Part shown: one piece after another, positions 28,146 through 40,836 of the stretch | How positions within the stretch are numbered: the first letter of the stretch is position 1 | Layout: every line of letters starts with the position of its first letter | From: Tubulanus polymorphus | Lineage: Eukaryota > Animalia > Nemertea | Length of the DNA stretch: 64,000 nt | Direction of reading: 5' to 3' | Assembly: GCF_964204645.1 (NCBI RefSeq) | Contig: NC_134025.1 | Span: forward strand, 1,984,001 to 2,048,000 | Translations under genes and position numbers: made by a program | Notes under the pieces: generated by a model | What the model was told of the DNA's origin: nothing | Databases searched by the model: none | Seen by the model: the letters and a program-made list of their open reading frames with translations, nothing else

Positions 28146-30514
28146 GCTTCGATTGTTTTAGTTAGTGTTAATTTGGGCTGGGAAGCACGTGTATAAAATC
28201 TTTATCTTATCGTGTTCCAATTTTGTTTTTGTTTTATCGGTTTTCACCAGAGAGATGATTATGAACATTTTATACAACGCTTGTGTGATCTTCATTAACG
28301 ATTGAACCTGAAAGAGAAATAACAACAACTGAGTGACTGCCTTCAATACAATAATCTCGCATTGTGCGACATAGCGAGATTATTGTTTTGGTTCTGAAAT
28401 CAATTTTGAGTAAATCATCAATCTTCTCGAGAAAACCTAAACCATCGACTCGAACTGAAAATGATTATTTGTTTAAATTAGATTGATCGGCTCTTCAATA
28501 ATTGTTCGCGTTGTTCAATAAACAAGGGCAACATGCGCTACTATTTTCATTGGGAGTATAAACAGTCTTCTTTTCATTACAATAAAACCGTCAAATCGAA
28601 AAACCCACAAAATTCGAATTCAGTCAATGAATATAAGAGTCGGTTACAGACAATGAATTCCGGCCATCAATAACTCGAATTCGACAGTTGAATCTTGTAG
28701 CAATAAAACAAACGAAAGGAAACTCTCATCGTATTCGGCGAGAGCAGATACATCTTTCATTATTTGCCTGTCGACGTGACAACAGAGTGCGACATTATAA
28801 TCGACGACAAAAACTTATAAAATTTGTTGAATCAGGACTCGGCCGCGCGCGCGCATTATCGCTGATATTCTACAGTCACTCTGCGATGAAATGGATTGTG
28901 AAATATACCTTTCATCAATCTACTGAACCGAATACAGCGACAAGCGAACTTCCTTCCGAATTCATCATCGGCAAACACAACCATATTCAAAAAGAGTTCT
29001 GCGAGGCGTCAGTCTGTTTGATTTATCCATAGACTCTTCGTTTTAGAGTCCACGATTTATCCACGATTTAACTAAATGCGTGAATGTCTTTCCAGAGACG
29101 ATATCTACGAATTTACGTCCGGAACAAAAGATAAGAGGGCTAGATTATATTTTTTGTCTCGATCGTATGCGAAACAGGTGAAATTCGACGCTTCAGCAGA
29201 AATTTAATCCTTTTATTCACGCGACAACGACAGAAAAATCTACATAATTCTTCAACTAACATCTCCGGGCAAGATAAAAGAATATTTCATAGACAATATA
29301 AACCGAGATGGCTTATCGCGCGACCAGACCGGCCGAGACACGTGCCATCTCCCAGTACTCGTCACACCAAGGAAGTGTGGTAAACCGGTAGATAATTACT
29401 GCGGTTTCATCTTGAGTATTCGTCATTAGAGTGGTCACTGCAAGGTTTTATCTTCCCATGAGACACGGCTGACCCGGGTCACGGGAAATGTATATAAAAC
29501 GGCCAGAAACCTGTTCTTCATTTAGAATCATCATCATTTGTGTTGAAAAAATTCGCCAATTTTACGGATCCGTTTTGAATTTATGAGAAAATAAAGATTC
29601 ACGTGTATGCATGACTCCTTTTATTAGCTACAGTTGGAAAATGCCAAACTTAATATCTAGTATAGTTTTTCTAGTTATTACTTGGGAAAGCAGTATCCAT
29701 TTTATTGAATCGGCTACGTGCGCTGGGCTGCGACGGAACCACTCACTACTCGTGTAACTCCAGAGACTTCTCCCACCGCAATAAAGCTATTTACCGACTT
29801 CATTCAAATTCAATTTCGCTACTTGGAAGAGACCACTGAGGAAACCGGGAAAGTGCCAGGAAACAGCAATAATGGACAAGATGGCAAGGTTACCATTAGC
29901 GACAGGAACCCGATGTATATCAAGTGATCTTACACCTCAACGCTTAAGTGATGTCTACCTAATATTTTTGAATCTACCTAGAAATATTGACAGCAGCGAA
30001 GACAAGTGGTCCTAGTAGCAACTGAAATCAATTAATGGCTAATTCACAGGGAACGGTACCGGTCTTATTTCACTTCTCATTTCAAGTGCACTTTTGAAAT
30101 GTTTGTAAGGCATGATTCGCATGATGAAATTTTAATGCACTCTTGTATTTTTATTGAGAGTCCGATCATAAACAGCCGTATTTCTGAATATTCAAATGAT
30201 GGAGATTAAGCAAGAATGTATTTTTGTTGTCAGACGATTTAAAGTAAAAATAATTTTCACATGTTCCTTCAATGAAATCTGTATTCAGATGCCATCAATT
30301 GGGGCACGGGACGCAAAGCAGTGACTGTGCGGCCTCATTCATCCAACTGTAGATGGCGCCAGCTTACGGATCCAAGAATTTATATACGGACATATAGAAA
30401 GCGGACAATTCGGTCTCAATCTATCAACCAATTTATTTACGTTCACTTGCATAGTCTAAGAGCCTACATTCTGAGAACCAGATTAACATTCAGACAAATC
30501 AGCAATAAATGTCT

Positions 30515-30722
30515 TGGTAAAAGTGCAGATCCGCACCTCTCGTGATTGACGCAATCTACTGAATGACAGTATCCAGGCTAAATCTTTCTAGTGAAGATAT
30601 ATTAGAATCAACCAATGGCAATGTACTGAATTGCTGATGACATTTTGAATCTGAAACAATGATATTTAATGTAATTGATTGAACCGTTTACGCGGAGAGG
30701 TGCAGATCTTCACTTTTACCAA
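30515..30722. mobile_element. foldback/MITE-like element with ~30-bp terminal inverted repeats
   Basis: TTGGTAAAAGTGCAGATCCGCACCTCTC at 30515 matches the reverse complement of GAGAGGTGCAGATCTTCACTTTTACCAA ending at 30722, with 2 mismatches. Confidence 0.7.
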
Positions 30723-31256
30723 TGTCTTTCAATAATCATTTTTCAATGTCGGCATCCTGGACCCAGTTCAACAGTATACTGTTAAAACTTGGAGTCTAAG
30801 GTGAAAGGATTGGAAAATGAACTAATGTTGATTCTATACAACTGCAGAACTAAGTCCTGTAGTTTGGTATTATGAAGAATAAAAAAACATCCAATGTAAG
30901 CAGTTTAGAGAACTGTGAGTGATTTTAGTCTTAAACCCGTTTTTTAAAACATATATCTAACAATCAACAACAGATCGAAATTAAAATGTATCCGATGAAT
31001 TTTAAACTCTGGCACTGAATTTCATCACATATAAAATATGTAAAACAAATATAATCTGTACAATATACATCACGTAATAGTAAATCTATGTTTTTAAGTA
31101 TTTCAAAAATATTTGATAATTGAGACGATATAATGGAAATATTTGAAGCTGTATCATGCAATATTTATGTCATGTCATATAAACATATTCAGTATAGCAC
31201 CTTTATTTCTATAGCATGAAAACTCTCTCTCCTGAGAGAAGAGGAACTTTCCCGAT

Positions 31257-34200
31257 TTATTGCTGCATATTGCGATGGTTTTCGATGATAATATCGACCA
31301 CTGATGGATCAGCGAGGGTCGAGATATCACCGAGATCGTCCGACTGATTCGCGGCGATCTTACGAAGAATTCGACGCATGATTTTACCCGACCGCGTCTT
31401 CGGAAGACCAGCAGTTATCTGAAAAATAGAGATAAACACTCACGACTTCATCCGGGGTCTTTACAGATACAATATTTCCCTGATTTCCCCGGTTTCTTGT
31501 GAAGAGGTCCTTTGTTCCACTCGTCACCAGCAAGAACAACAAGATACCAAAAATTCAAACAATTCCCTGACATTTCTCTGTATTGAGTCAACAACAAATA
31601 ACTATATATTTGGTGACTATTTTCTTACCTGCATCATTTCTGGAGCGGCGTATGGAGCGATCTTTTCTCTGACCAGTGTCTTTAATTCATGTTTTAAATC
31701 TTTCTCAGCTATGCTGACATTTTCTTTTAATGTAATGTAGGCATAAACACCTGTAGAGAGAGAGAGAGGAGGGAGAGAGAGAGGGAGAGGGAGGGAGAGA
31801 GGGAGGGAGGGAATATGATATACTGCAGACTACTACAAACAGACAGTGAACGCATTTATACGAACCTTCGCCTTTAATACTATGTGGATATCCAACTACC
31901 GCTGTTTCTGCAACTGCTGGATGTTCATCCTGTCAAATAAGAATAGGATATAAACTTAGAATAATCTACTGCACTCGGTTCCGTACTTCTCAGACAATGA
32001 AACTCTGGGTCCAGATTTATATCACATCTGCAATTATTTGCCAAGTCTTCAGGTTTCGACAGTTCTTGGTAAGTTTTGACTTTCAAATATTTTTGAATCA
32101 TTATATAAAAGCATTTTCATCGTGATCTAGAATTTGTGGCACGCGTCGAGCAATTGCAGTAAATAAAAATATCACAACGTACTAAAGCATCCTCAATCTC
32201 AGCCGTACCGAGACGATGTCCACTAACATTGATTACATCATCCATACGACCAGTAATCTGATAGTAACCTCCTTCATGACGATGAGCACCATCTCCCGTA
32301 AAATAATACCCTACAACAACAATCATATCGTACACAATTTATCACTCATCGAATGGTTTGTTTAGAGTGACAGAATCTATGAATGAATACCTGGGTAGGT
32401 AGTGAAGTATGTATCTTTAAAACGTCCGTGATCGCCGTATATCGTACGCGCCATTCCTGGCCACGGATGTTTGACAGTTAGAGCGCCATAAACTCCATCA
32501 CCCTTCAGTTCTTTACCCTGAAATAGACATGTTTAATACACCCTCAGAGCGGGAGACTGTGATCATCGGAACTCGCGTGATTAACGTACCGTTTCAGGAT
32601 CGACAACTGCCGGTTCTACTCCGTAAAACGGTCTCATCGGCATCGACGGTCGAATTTCAGCGCCTGCCTCTGAAGGCCTCGGAGAAATAAGTATACCTCC
32701 AGTTTCTGTAGAGAAATACCATATCTATATCACACACTGGTTTCACATAGAACAAGTTACTATTCTAAACGCTGATAATTTACCAGTTTGCCACCACGTA
32801 TCAACTATTGGACATCGACCATCTCCGACTACTTTGTGGTACCATTCCCAGGCTTCATGATTTAACGGTTCACCAACTATAAACATAAACATAAAATCAA
32901 CACAGTGCAACAAGGTCTCTGGAGAGGTAGCTGGTGGGACGCTATCTGTTGGGATCTGGAGGGATAGCTGATTGACGCTATCTGGAGAGATAGCTGGTGG
33001 GAAGCTATCTGCAGGGATAACTGATGGGAAGCTATCTGGAGGGAGAGCTGATAGGAAGCGATCTGGAGAGAAAGGTGGTGGGAAGCTATCTGGAGGGATA
33101 GCTGGTGGGCAGCTATTCTGGAGGGATAGCTGGTGGGAAGCTATCTGGAGGGATGGCTGATAGGAAGCGATGTGGAGGGATAGCTGGTGGGAAGCTATCT
33201 GGAGGGATGGCTGATAGGAAGCGATGTGGAGGGATAGCTGGTGGGAAGCTATCTGGAGGGATGGCTGATAGGAAGCGATGTGGAGGGATAGCTGGTGGGA
33301 AGCTATCTGGAGGGATGGCTGATAGGAAGCGATGTGGAGGGATAGCTGGTGGGAAGCTATCTGGAGGGATAACTGGTGGGAAGTTATCTGGAGGGATATT
33401 TACCGCAGCCGAGAGTACGTAATGAAGAACGATCGTACTTGCGAACCCACGATTCATCGTATTTCAGTAGAAGACGAAGAGCAGTCGGAGCTAAATAAAT
33501 CTGATTCAATTTCAACCGTTCGACCATTTCCCAATAACGACCTAGAAAATATCATTACGATTATCGATGAAGATTCACTAATGCCTCATCGGGCCTCGTT
33601 TAGAATTCCTCATACTAACCAGGGTTCGGGTAAGTGGGAATACTTTCAAATAGAAGCGTAGTAGCACCGTTGACGAGTGGACCATAAACTACATAACTAT
33701 GACCAGTAATCCATCCTATATCAGCTACACAACCGAAAACATCATCGGGTTGATAATCAAATACTGTCTGTATTAAACATTGAAATAATTGATAATATTT
33801 AGTAAGAAAGAGAGTTCAAATAGTAGGATTCAAAGTAGGGGTACAAGTAGTCAAACCGATAACCGTTATTACTACAATCAATCGTAAAACTAGATTTCAT
33901 CACTACGGCTATGTTCTACTGATATAACTGAAAACTATACCTGATGGGTTATTCCTGCATAGAGAAGATATCCAGCATGTGTGTGAGCGATACCTTTAGG
34001 TGAACCAGTGCTACCTGATGTATATAACATAAACAATGTATCCTCACTGTCCATTATAGCAGATTCACATTCACCTGAGTATTTAGACATTTCCTAAAAA
34101 GAATTAGAAAAAAAAACAATAAGGGCCAATGGAGTTCGTTAGTTAAATGTATAAATAGCATGAAATAAATCGAGAAATACCTTTTCTAAGTAAATATCTA

Positions 34201-35747
34201 TTTTGCCCATAGGAACATCATTGCCGGTACGTTGACTGACGAATACCGTTTTTACGCAAGGACATTTCTTTACGGCAGCATCAACCATGCGTTTTAATTC
34301 GATCGATTTACCACCGCGAACAGCTTGATCGGACGTTATCACTGTTTTAGCATCAGCTACAAATAACAGATTTTAAATGAGAAAAGATAGATTTAATGGT
34401 TATAGGACATACCGGTAAATTAGTCTTGTCTTATACTTGACTGTAATACCGACTCCAGAACTGTGAAACTTGGTTTACTATTATGATTCATAATAGCAAA
34501 GCGTTTAAGATATCAGAATGGCAATAATCTAAATCTATTCGAGTTCTTACCACCATTAATTCTAGCAGCGAGGGCTTCAGCACTAAATCCAGCGAACACT
34601 ACACTGTGAATAGCTCCGATTCGAGTACAAGCAAGCATTGCAGCTACGACCATAGGAGTGGTCGGCATATAGATGATTACCCTATCACCTTTCATCGTTC
34701 CATGACTAATTAGCATATTACTGATTTGATTGGTTAATTCCTTCAACTCCCTGTAATAGATTTAAAATCATCAAGGTTTATAAGGTACAAATGGAAAATG
34801 GTTGCATTTTGAAATGGTTATTCACTTCTTACTTATACGTGATGTATTCAGCTGAATTCGGTTCATCTTTCTCCCAGATTAGAGCAACCTTAGACGGGTT
34901 GATTTCAAAATGACGATCAATACAATTCACTGAATAAGAAAAAAAAAACATAAGAATTTTGGGTTAGAACCATGAGAAATGTCGGGTTGAACATCTACAA
35001 TCAAACTGGAAATGGACACCAATATGGCATTTTTCTGCTATCATTCGGTTACTGATATGCACACTGTGGTGCTGGAATTCATGAAAAGCATCAAAAACAA
35101 ATGCAAACAGAAATTTGTGAAAAATCGGGTTTTGAACCACCACCTTCTGTTATCAGGTCTGGCTGCCAGAACTCTAAGGTTCAAAAACTTATCTCAACCT
35201 AATCTTACTTGGATTGGACCCCTTATCTAGCCCTAACGTAAAAATTGATTTTTCTTTATCATATGTACTAGCAGCAAAAGGGCATATCATCGAATAAAGC
35301 CGTATTGGAAAAATATCCAATTGCAATAAACAACAGGATAATAATCACCACATCACATGACTGACTCCTGCTGGTGCCTGGGATGGGTGGAGTATTTTTA
35401 TTACCTGCTGCATTCAATTTTCCATTCAAAAACCACGAAATCTTCCCTTCTCTTAGATTACAATCTTTAACGATATCAAACTCTTCAAACCAATCTAAGC
35501 GATTACGTCCAAGTTTACCCCAGAATTTGTCAGGATCCGCCAGACTTAATTTGTGCAGTTCATCGTGAGTCTGAATCTGTGCAAATTCCGGTAAAACAGT
35601 AGAAATGCGTGCGCTGAATGTTTTACTGTGACATTCTCGCCCTGACCTTGCGTTCGCGAATAATTTCAGCGCATTAGACGCGGAACAAGTCGGTTTTTGG
35701 GGCACAAAATTAGAAAATTTTGACAATCTTCTTCCGAGGGCAGCCAT
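31257..35747 (-). CDS. ACSS1: acetyl-CoA synthetase, mitochondrial type (ACSS1/AceCS2-like), about 688 aa, 14 exons
   Basis: Exons (minus): 35747-35405, 34929-34833, 34750-34551, 34356-34181, 34093-33941, 33767-33620, 33541-33404, 32876-32784, 32705-32590, 32517-32391, 32310-32183, 31929-31866, 31750-31629, 31418-31257; all GT-AG, total 2067 nt. Motifs: [56 protein letters not shown]. The N-terminus [11 protein letters not shown] is Arg/Ser-rich like a mitochondrial targeting peptide. Confidence 0.93.
31755..31812. repeat. (GA)n/(GGGA)n purine tract forming the polypyrimidine tract of ACSS1 intron 12
   Basis: GAGAGAGAG...GGAGGGAGG immediately adjacent to the acceptor at 31751. Confidence 0.85.
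32920..33400. repeat. 27-bp minisatellite with 54-bp higher-order dimer, filling ACSS1 intron 7
   Basis: TGGAGGGATAGCTGGTGGGAAGCTATC alternates with TGGAGGGATGGCTGATAGGAAGCGATG; about 17-18 units. Confidence 0.93.
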
Positions 35748-35883
35748 ACTTCCTGGTTTACAAGAAAATCCGGACGAGGACTTTGCAGCATACAGTCCAT
35801 TTCGCTCACCCTCGCTTGCCAGGGCCTGGTTGCCTGACAGGACAGCCCGACACGAATGGGAGTCATTGCGCATGGCGTGCGTC

Positions 35884-35943
35884 TTTTATAAGACCACTTT
35901 ATACAAAGAACGCTCCAATGCCTTCTCGTTATTTCTTATTGGG
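35884..35943 (-). promoter_or_regulatory. putative ACSS1 core promoter (TATAAAA, CCAAT)
   Basis: Minus-strand TATAAAA at 35890-35884 and CCAAT near 35942-35938. This spacing would put the transcription start downstream of the in-frame ATG at 35873, favouring 35747 as the start codon. Confidence 0.45.
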
Positions 35944-36427
35944 CTAGTTACACTGCGTTTCTGCAGTGGTTCAGATATCAATTGCCGGTTTCAATACCGC
36001 CGTGCAAAATATGAAAGCTTCGGCTTCCGAGTTCGCGTCCAAACATTCTCTTTGCGTTAACTAAATTTTAATCATTCAAAGAAAGTAAAAATAAACACTT
36101 TGACATATATTTGTTAGAAGTTATCTTATATTTGTATTTGACAAATTTGAAGGACATCAGTAAGAAACATTTTTACATAAAAATATAAGAATCCATTTCA
36201 AAACGATTAATTGATAAATTTGTGATCCTGCGCAGCTTGACAATTAAATGGTTATTTGGCTGATTCGGCTAAAAACCTGTCATTCAGCACTTCTTCAAGG
36301 TCACATATAATCTTACATAATTATATAATAAAATGTCTGTACAACGATTAATATCATTATATGATATAAAGAATAAATAATTCTATTATTTAAAGTGTCT
36401 ACAGTCATTTAGTTTGCTATAGCCTTA

Positions 36428-36594
36428 GGGATCATTCATTCATTACATACGCATAAAATTTGAATTTTTCAACCCCCCTCCCCCTCTGTAGGCGAAATCA
36501 ACCATTCTTTCATATTATACATTAAGCATTACAGTACGCAATTGCACTGACCCCTCCCCCTCCCCTAATGCGTACGTAATAAATGAATGACCCC
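36428..36594. mobile_element. MITE, PIF/Harbinger-like
   Basis: Terminal inverted repeats GGGATCATTCATTCATTACATACGCAT and ATGCGTACGTAATAAATGAATGACCCC; flanked by TTA and CTA (TWA-like target duplication). Confidence 0.75.
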
Positions 36595-36896
36595 CTATTG
36601 ATCCAGATCAAAAGAAATAGAATCTTAAAAATAAAACGGTTTTTTCTCGCAACAATTATACAAGGGTGGATAATGAAGTCTAAGCATTTAATGTCATTTT
36701 ATCTTTACAAGATTATATCAAATGAATGAAATTTTCATTGGGAAAAATTCTGATTAAAAATCAAATTGTAATTACATCTCAAATAATGCTGCGGGGCAGA
36801 CGATAATTAGAGGCTCTGTGGTAAACGCTGTATAAAACTGATATCTAGCTGATATGAAGCAGGTTTAATCGAATTTTAATCAATCAAAATCACCAC

Positions 36897-39716
36897 CTAA
36901 AACTTTTGGTCAATCTCGCAGTACAGCAGTTTATGGTGGACGGTTCCGATTAACATTTTGCCTCTATAAAATGTAGCAGCGGAGGAACCATGAATGATTC
37001 CGTTGCGATCGTTTGAGTAAACCTCGGTGACCGAAACCATTTCTCCATTTTTCATACCGATTCGTAAAACCTAGAGAATGTAAAGCGAATATTATAAACT
37101 ATAGTTCTATTCTGTAGAGAGAGATCTGATACCGATTATAGAAATAAAATTCACAATCATTGGAACGATACCGGTATATGGATGTTTAGTTTTGAGCAGA
37201 ACACTTCTCCGATATTACGAGTAGTTGTAAAGTACTGACCTGAGAGGATGCGGATAAACTACGGTTATGGGTCATCTGGGAGATTTCTACTGGTCGGGGA
37301 TGGCAACCAGTCCAAATATCACCATTTGGCAATACCTCAATATTATCCACGCCTGTATAGACTGGCACTCGCTGGGAAAATAAACAATGATTTCAATTGT
37401 TATTTAATAGTTTTTAACATTGACGTTTTAAAGACCTATTTCTATGTTACCTCTTTGAATGCCAAAGACATGTCCGCTTTCCTGTGAAATACATTGAATC
37501 CATTGCCAAAAACAGTAACAGAAACAACATAAACAAACCTTGAAAATAAAAAGCAAACATTTCCGTTCGTGAAAAAAAACATTTCATTTATGACTAAATG
37601 ATGTTATTTCAATGATGATCTTACTTGTGATCAGGAGACCAATTGATTCCATTTGGAAGATACAGATTGGAGGCGACAGTGGAGGTATCTTTACCATCGT
37701 AATAAACAACAGAACCGAGAGGTAAAGTCAGTAACGCTTCAATATGTCGTAATAACTTCGAACGGAATCTGTTCATGATCGTAACGTAGAACGTGTCTTC
37801 ACTCGTAGCCAAAACATCATTCATCCTGAAATATACACATCAATTAAAGTCATTTATTTTCAATACCAGAAAAAACTGTAAGAATTACTTTCACAGAAAA
37901 CCTGCTTACATTGTAAACTTGGCATCAACGTAAGTCTTCACGTGAGTGAGGGATAAATTCGCATAATCATACTCAAACTTCTCAATTCTTTCACTAATTG
38001 GGTGGTGATTAACAACAAATACGGTTATCTTTTCTGGAATAGAAATTCAGCGCCAACTGTTTCAATTGCAATATGTATACATGTACTTCAGTACAATTCA
38101 TAAGTTCTTCTCTCTCGATGTTCTCTGATTCCTGAAATACAGGGACATTGCTTAATTCGCTTTCCTATCTGAGGCAAATGAGCAGGAAAATTTTAACGTT
38201 TTGTTATTTTACCTGTTAGCCTTCGTGATTGTGGGACTTATAAATAATGTAACGACTTATCTGATGATGACTTAGACAAGTTTGACAGTAATTCATATAT
38301 TTAGCTCCACAGTAACAGTTAAGATTTGACTCCCAAACTAATTGAAACAAACTGAGTTTAACCATGAACTGTGGACTGGGTCATGGACAATATGATAGTC
38401 TGTAAACCTGTTTCATCATCCTTGTAAACACTGATTCCATGGGGGTCAAATGTTTCCTGATCAAAATTCTTCAACTCCAGCAAAACAACTTTTTTGGATG
38501 GGTTTGCAAAGTTGAACAGAAAAATCTTTCCTTTGACTTCTTTATTTGTTTCTTCAGCAGCAAACAGCTTCATTCCCTACAATGAATGAATATTAGGTAG
38601 AAATAGAATAAGTCTTTTACTGAATTCAAAAGAACAATATACAGAAAAACTACCGATGTTATGAAGGCAAAACCATTAGGAAGTGTTTGTATATCTTCAG
38701 ACCCATATTCTACAATAGAAAATAATGGAGAAAAAAATTAATAAGACACCGGCAAACCATCATCACTCAACTCAATAATAATAGACAAATACTGCCAAAT
38801 CGGGGGCAGCTCTAGGAATCAACATTTTGGGTCCCAAAATTTCCCAGGTCTAGATCGTAGGCCTAAAAGCAGTGCCATAGGCCTGAACTTCTGAAGCCTT
38901 TCACAGGGGACATATAAGTTTTCCCAAGGAAAAGATCAAAATAATGAGATATTTGTGAAAATTATATCTTGGGCAAAAATAGGGGGGGGGGGAGGGGGAG
39001 TGAGTGTGATCCCCAAAGAAAGTCCCCACAAATACTCACCAACACCTTCTATAAGATGACAGGAACCTGGCTTATGATTATAAACTGCTTTATGGAAGCC
39101 CAATAAATAGCTGGAACATGAAAAATAACATTCCTTTAATCTAGCTGACAAATCTACAGGGTAGCGGTGTAGGGAGCCGCCGTTTAGTACTAAAGACTAA
39201 CTCACAGGGCCTGTGAATGAATCATAAACCAATATCAATGACCGACTCCATTATCGACTGCATAATAAAAAAACATCGTCCAGAGATATGAGTGGCCAAA
39301 GGAAAAAAAATAAAAATAGTTAATATCCCAAAAAATTGGGAAATTTTTCAAATCTTAAGTGTTCTCAGAGATGCAATTTGAATTTCACACCATTTTTTTA
39401 CCAGGAATTTAAAAAAAAACGGAAATCCCTCAAAAAACGGAAGTCTTACATCTCTGATGTCGTTTTTTATTATACAGGGATACTGGAGATAGGCATTGAT
39501 ACTGTTTTTTGATTTACTATTGACAATGAAGGACGGTGTGATTAGTAGGTGTAGGAGGGGGCCTGATCATTAGTTCGGGACACTCGGTCATTCGTGGATT
39601 GATTGACAACTGAACTCAGAAAAACACATCATATTGAACACTCACATGACCTTCCCGACATGTTGCACAAATACAGCGAATAAAACGACTTTAATTACTG
39701 AGTATATCGACGACAT
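36897..39716 (-). CDS. PON: serum paraoxonase/arylesterase (PON family lactonase), about 361 aa, 9 exons
   Basis: Exons (minus): 39716-39646, 39110-39040, 38709-38654, 38576-38408, 38033-37910, 37825-37625, 37538-37451, 37371-37240, 37070-36897 (1086 nt). Hydrophobic N-terminal anchor; PON motifs GSEDI, FDPHGIS, VVNH, MNDV, PNGI, VDNI, TGCHP, IGTVHHKLLYCE. Confidence 0.92.
39220..39514. mobile_element. imperfect palindrome with an inner MITE (39281-39456), PON intron 1
   Basis: Outer ~60-bp arms (AATCATAAACCAATATCAATG... / ...CATTGATACTGTTTTTTGATT) enclose an inner element bounded by CAGAGAT...ATCTCTG. Confidence 0.6.
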
Positions 39717-40296
39717 GTTTCGTTATACCGCTTGCGTTTTTCGTTATCGGCGAGAATTCCCACTTCCTAATCATTCCAAACCCGGATTGTAGTGTAGAAT
39801 CGAGAACAAATCCATAATCCGCATCGTAACTCTACCGTCGCATGCCAGATTAAGTCAATTAAACCTTTATTGATATTTTCTTTAGTTGTGAAAACTAAAG
39901 ACGATATGACAATGAGATATTACAAAATGACAATCATGAAAATAAAGCAAATGCACATGAAAGAGGGTCATTAAATTTACAGCGAGATTAAACAAACGAA
40001 TTCGGATCTAGCGGGATTCGAACACTTATCACAGAATTAACCACTGGCACGCGAGAAAGAAAGAGAGGTGTTCTCGATTGCGCGACACCTGTTCCTGTGT
40101 GGAGTACGAAGTCGGCTCATAAGTTTTTCTTTTTCTTCTTTTTTTTCGGAATTACGGTTGTAGGCCGACAGAAGACATTGTTCCGGTTTAGTGTGACGGT
40201 GCAGCTTGGAAGTAGTTCATGTGAGCAATATAATAGTAATAAGTAGCCTAAAAGATTCCCATTTGATTTGACAGAAAAAGTACTTGACTACACCAG

Positions 40297-40617
40297 CCAG
40301 GCGTCGCCAGGATTTTTTAATATAGGGGGTTCGAATCAATTTGGCGAATCTAGTAAGACAGCGAAGCTGCCTTGACGAGGAACGAAGGTCCGAAGTGCCC
40401 ATGGGGGGTTTGGGGCCCTCCCCTGACCAAGAAAATTTGTGGAAACACGAGAACCGTGAAGAGAAACAAAAACAATTGCGTGTTTGTTTTATTTGATATG
40501 TATATCTTTACAAATAGTACTAAGCTGTTTACAAAACCATGTAGTAAAAATGAAGAAACTTAGCCGAAAGAAGGGGGTCCGTTCGCACCCCCCGAACTCC
40601 CCCTGGCGACGCCTATG
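40297..40617. mobile_element. non-autonomous DNA transposon (MITE)
   Basis: Inverted ends CAGGCGTCGCCAGG and CCTGGCGACGCCTA, internal GGGGGTTCG / CCCCCGAAC motifs; GC-rich relative to the flanks. Confidence 0.7.
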
Positions 40618-40724
40618 ACTATCAAAACCTCTTAAAAAATCAATTCAAAGTGTCCTTCCCTAGAGTCACACTACTATTGTAACCAAGAGAGGGGACACGT
40701 CCGACCAAGGTTACTATAAATCCA

Positions 40725-40750
40725 TGATAATTATCATTGTAATTATTATT

Positions 40751-40781
<31 letters not shown>

Positions 40782-40785
40782 GTAT
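40725..40785. repeat. (TTA)n microsatellite
   Basis: Direct ATT/TTA run. Confidence 0.9.
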
Positions 40786-40836
40786 TGACTGTTTGAGTAT
40801 TCTTCATATTTTCAGGTTTGTCCACTAAAGACAGTC

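Noticed and set aside
32972-33661. Gly-rich and Pro-rich ORFs over the 27-bp array
   Set aside because: Products of an intronic minisatellite; read-through from ACSS1 exon 7 in its own frame hits TAA within a few codons.
35748-35873. 42-aa N-terminal extension of ACSS1 from the ATG at 35873
   Set aside because: That ATG lies only ~10 nt from the putative TATA box, so probably upstream of the transcription start; ATG 35747 gives a typical length and targeting peptide.
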